Shown here piece by piece: positions 62,301-64,000 of a stretch of DNA of 64,000 nucleotides. The notes under the pieces were generated by a model that did no database searches, was not told the origin of the DNA, and saw only the letters and a program-made list of their open reading frames with translations. Position numbers and translations under genes: made by a program. The stretch's first letter is position 1. The number at the start of each line of letters is the position of its first letter. This DNA is from Eledone cirrhosa (taxonomy: Eukaryota): NCBI GenBank assembly GCA_964016885.1, contig OZ024740.1, positions 9,734,001-9,798,000 of the forward strand. Direction: 5' to 3'.

Positions 62301-64000
62301 AGTCGTGTGGTTGATGTGACCACTGGTCATCTGGTTTAGGTTTGTCACCAGACTGAGAGAGGGGTGCTGGTGGTAGTCGTGTGGTTGATGTAACCACTGG
62401 TCATCTGGTTTAGGTTTGTCACCACACTGAGAGAGGGGTGCTGGTGGTAGTCTTGTGGTTGATGTGACCACTGGTCATCTGGTGTAGGTTTGTCACCAGA
62501 CTGAGAGAGAGGTGCTGGTGGTAGTCTTGAGGTTGATGTGACCACTGGTGTTCTGGTTTAGGTTTGTCACCAGACTGAGAAAGGGGTGCTGGTGGTAGTC
62601 TTGTGGTTGATGTGACCACTGGTCATCTGGTTTAGGCTTTTCACCGGACTGAGAGAGGTGTGCTGGTGGTAGTCTTGTGGTTGATGTGACCACTGGTCAT
62701 CTGGTTTAGGCTTGTCACCAGACTGAGAGAGAGGTGCTGGTGGTAGTCTTGTGGTTGATGTGACCACTGGTCATCTGGTTTAGGCTTGTCACCAGACTGA
62801 GAGAGGGGTGCTGGTGGTAGTCTTGTGGTTGATGTGACCACTGGTCATCTGGTTTAGGCTTGTCACCAGACTGAGAGAGGGTTACTGGTGGTAGTCTTGT
62901 GGTTGGTGTGACCTCTGGTCATCTGGTTTAGGCTTGTCACCAGACTGAGAGAGAGGTGCTGGTGTTAGTCGTGTGGTTGATGTGACCACTGGTCATCTGG
63001 TTTAGGTTTGTCACCAGACTGAGAGAGGGGTGCTGGTGGTAGTCTTGCGGTTGATGTGACCACTGGTCATCTAGTCTAGGTTTGTCACTAGACTGAGAGA
63101 GAGGTGCTGGTGGTAGTCGTGTGGTTGATGTGATCTCTGGTCATCTGGTTTAGGCTTGTCACCAGACTGAGAAAGGGGTGCTGGTGGTAGTCTTTTGGTT
63201 GATGTGACCACTGGTCATCTGGTCTAGGCTTGTCACCAGACTGAGAGAGAGGTGCTGGTGGTAGTCTTGTGGTTGATGTGACCACTGGTCATCTGGTTTA
63301 GGCTTGTCACCAGACTGAGAGAGAAGTGCTGGTGGTAGTCTTGTGGTTGATGTGACCACTGGTCATCTGGTTTAGGCTTGTCACCAGACTGAGAGAGAGG
63401 TGCTGGTGGTAGTCTTGTGGTTGATGTGACCACTGGTCATATGGTCTAGGCTTGTCACCAGACTGAGAAAGGGATGCTGGTGGTAGTCTTGTGGTTGATG
63501 TGACCACTGGTCATCTAGTATAGGTTTGTCACCAAACTGAGAGAGAGGTGCTGGTGGTAGTCGTCTGGTTGATGTGACCACTGGTCATCTGGTTTAGGTT
63601 TGTCACCAGACTGAGAGAGGGGTGCTGGTGGTAGTCGTGTGGTTGATGTAACCACTGGTCATCTGGTTTAGGTTTGTCACCACACTGAGAGAGGGGTGCT
63701 GGTGGTAGTCTTGTGGTGGATGTGACCACTGGTCATCTGGTGTAGGTTTGTCACCAGACTGAGAGAGGGGTGCTGGTGATAGTCTTGTGGTTGATGTGAC
63801 CACTGGTCATCTGGTTTAGGTTTGTTACCAGACTGAGAGAGAGGTGCTGGTGGTAGTCTTGTGGTTGATGTGACCACTGGTCATCTGGTTTAGGCTTGTC
63901 ACCAGACTGAAGGAGGGGTGCTCGTGGTAGTCTTGTGGTTGATGTGACCACTGGTCATCTGGTTTAGGCTTGTCACCAGACTGAGAGAGGGTTTCTGGTG

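Larger units (their letters stand above)
1..64000. repeat. Tandem satellite array, 74-bp monomer, ~865 head-to-tail copies in one orientation, running off both window ends
   Basis: The same 74-bp unit is read directly throughout, and ORF-track coordinates step by 74 (22, 96, ... 63751). Monomers usually differ from consensus at 0-4 positions. Rare units are 72, 73, 75, 80 or 82 bp long. No non-repeat sequence was seen. Confidence 0.99.

Noticed and set aside
22-63951. Hundreds of overlapping 65-139 aa minus-strand ORFs (MVTSTTRLPPAPLSQ...)
   Set aside because: They arise because 74 is not a multiple of 3. Each ORF reads the same monomer in three successive frames, mostly starts at GTG, and overlaps its neighbours. 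Variants introduce stops freely, and no domain is recognisable.
1-64000. CRISPR array (period ~74 bp, palindromic segment, 37-bp halves)
   Set aside because: There are no unique spacers, since the whole unit is repeated. There is also no leader and no cas gene.
1-64000. tRNA array or tRNA-derived SINE (74 bp is tRNA-sized)
   Set aside because: There is no cloverleaf, no GTTCRA B-box, no acceptor stem and no Pol III terminator on either strand.
1-64000. Rolling-circle or concatemer sequencing artefact of a single 74-nt circle
   Set aside because: Variants are not random errors. They recur in ordered, nested, heritable blocks at several scales, as expected for a genuine evolving genomic array.
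1-64000. Embedded transposon, inversion or unique island
   Set aside because: None was seen on reading through. The 74-bp phase is maintained end to end apart from 1-8 bp indels.

Overview
The whole 64-kb window is one uninterrupted, head-to-tail satellite array. It holds about 865 copies of a 74-bp monomer (consensus, + strand, phase starting at 22: TCACCAGACTGAGAGAG[A/G]GGTGCTGGTGGTAGTCTTGTGGTTGATGTGACCACTGGTCATCTGGTTTAGG[C/T]TTG). By hand count the consensus is A13 C12 G26 T23, about 51% GC, strongly G/T-skewed and free of CpG. I found no unique sequence, inversion, gene, RNA gene, transposon or CRISPR spacer. The hundreds of 66-aa minus-strand ORFs are artefacts of the 74-bp period. The informative structure lies in the variants: (i) the monomer looks like a diverged 2x37-bp dimer; (ii) an ordered cassette of variant monomers recurs every ~1.5-5 kb, forming an irregular higher-order repeat with several ~44-monomer spacings; (iii) there is a near-identical 9,399-bp (127-monomer) tandem duplication with a junction mappable to 33 bp; (iv) further 1-3 kb block copies and 3-5-mer local duplications occur. 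The array most likely comes from eukaryotic heterochromatin (centromeric, pericentromeric or subtelomeric), but the organism and function cannot be determined from this sequence alone.
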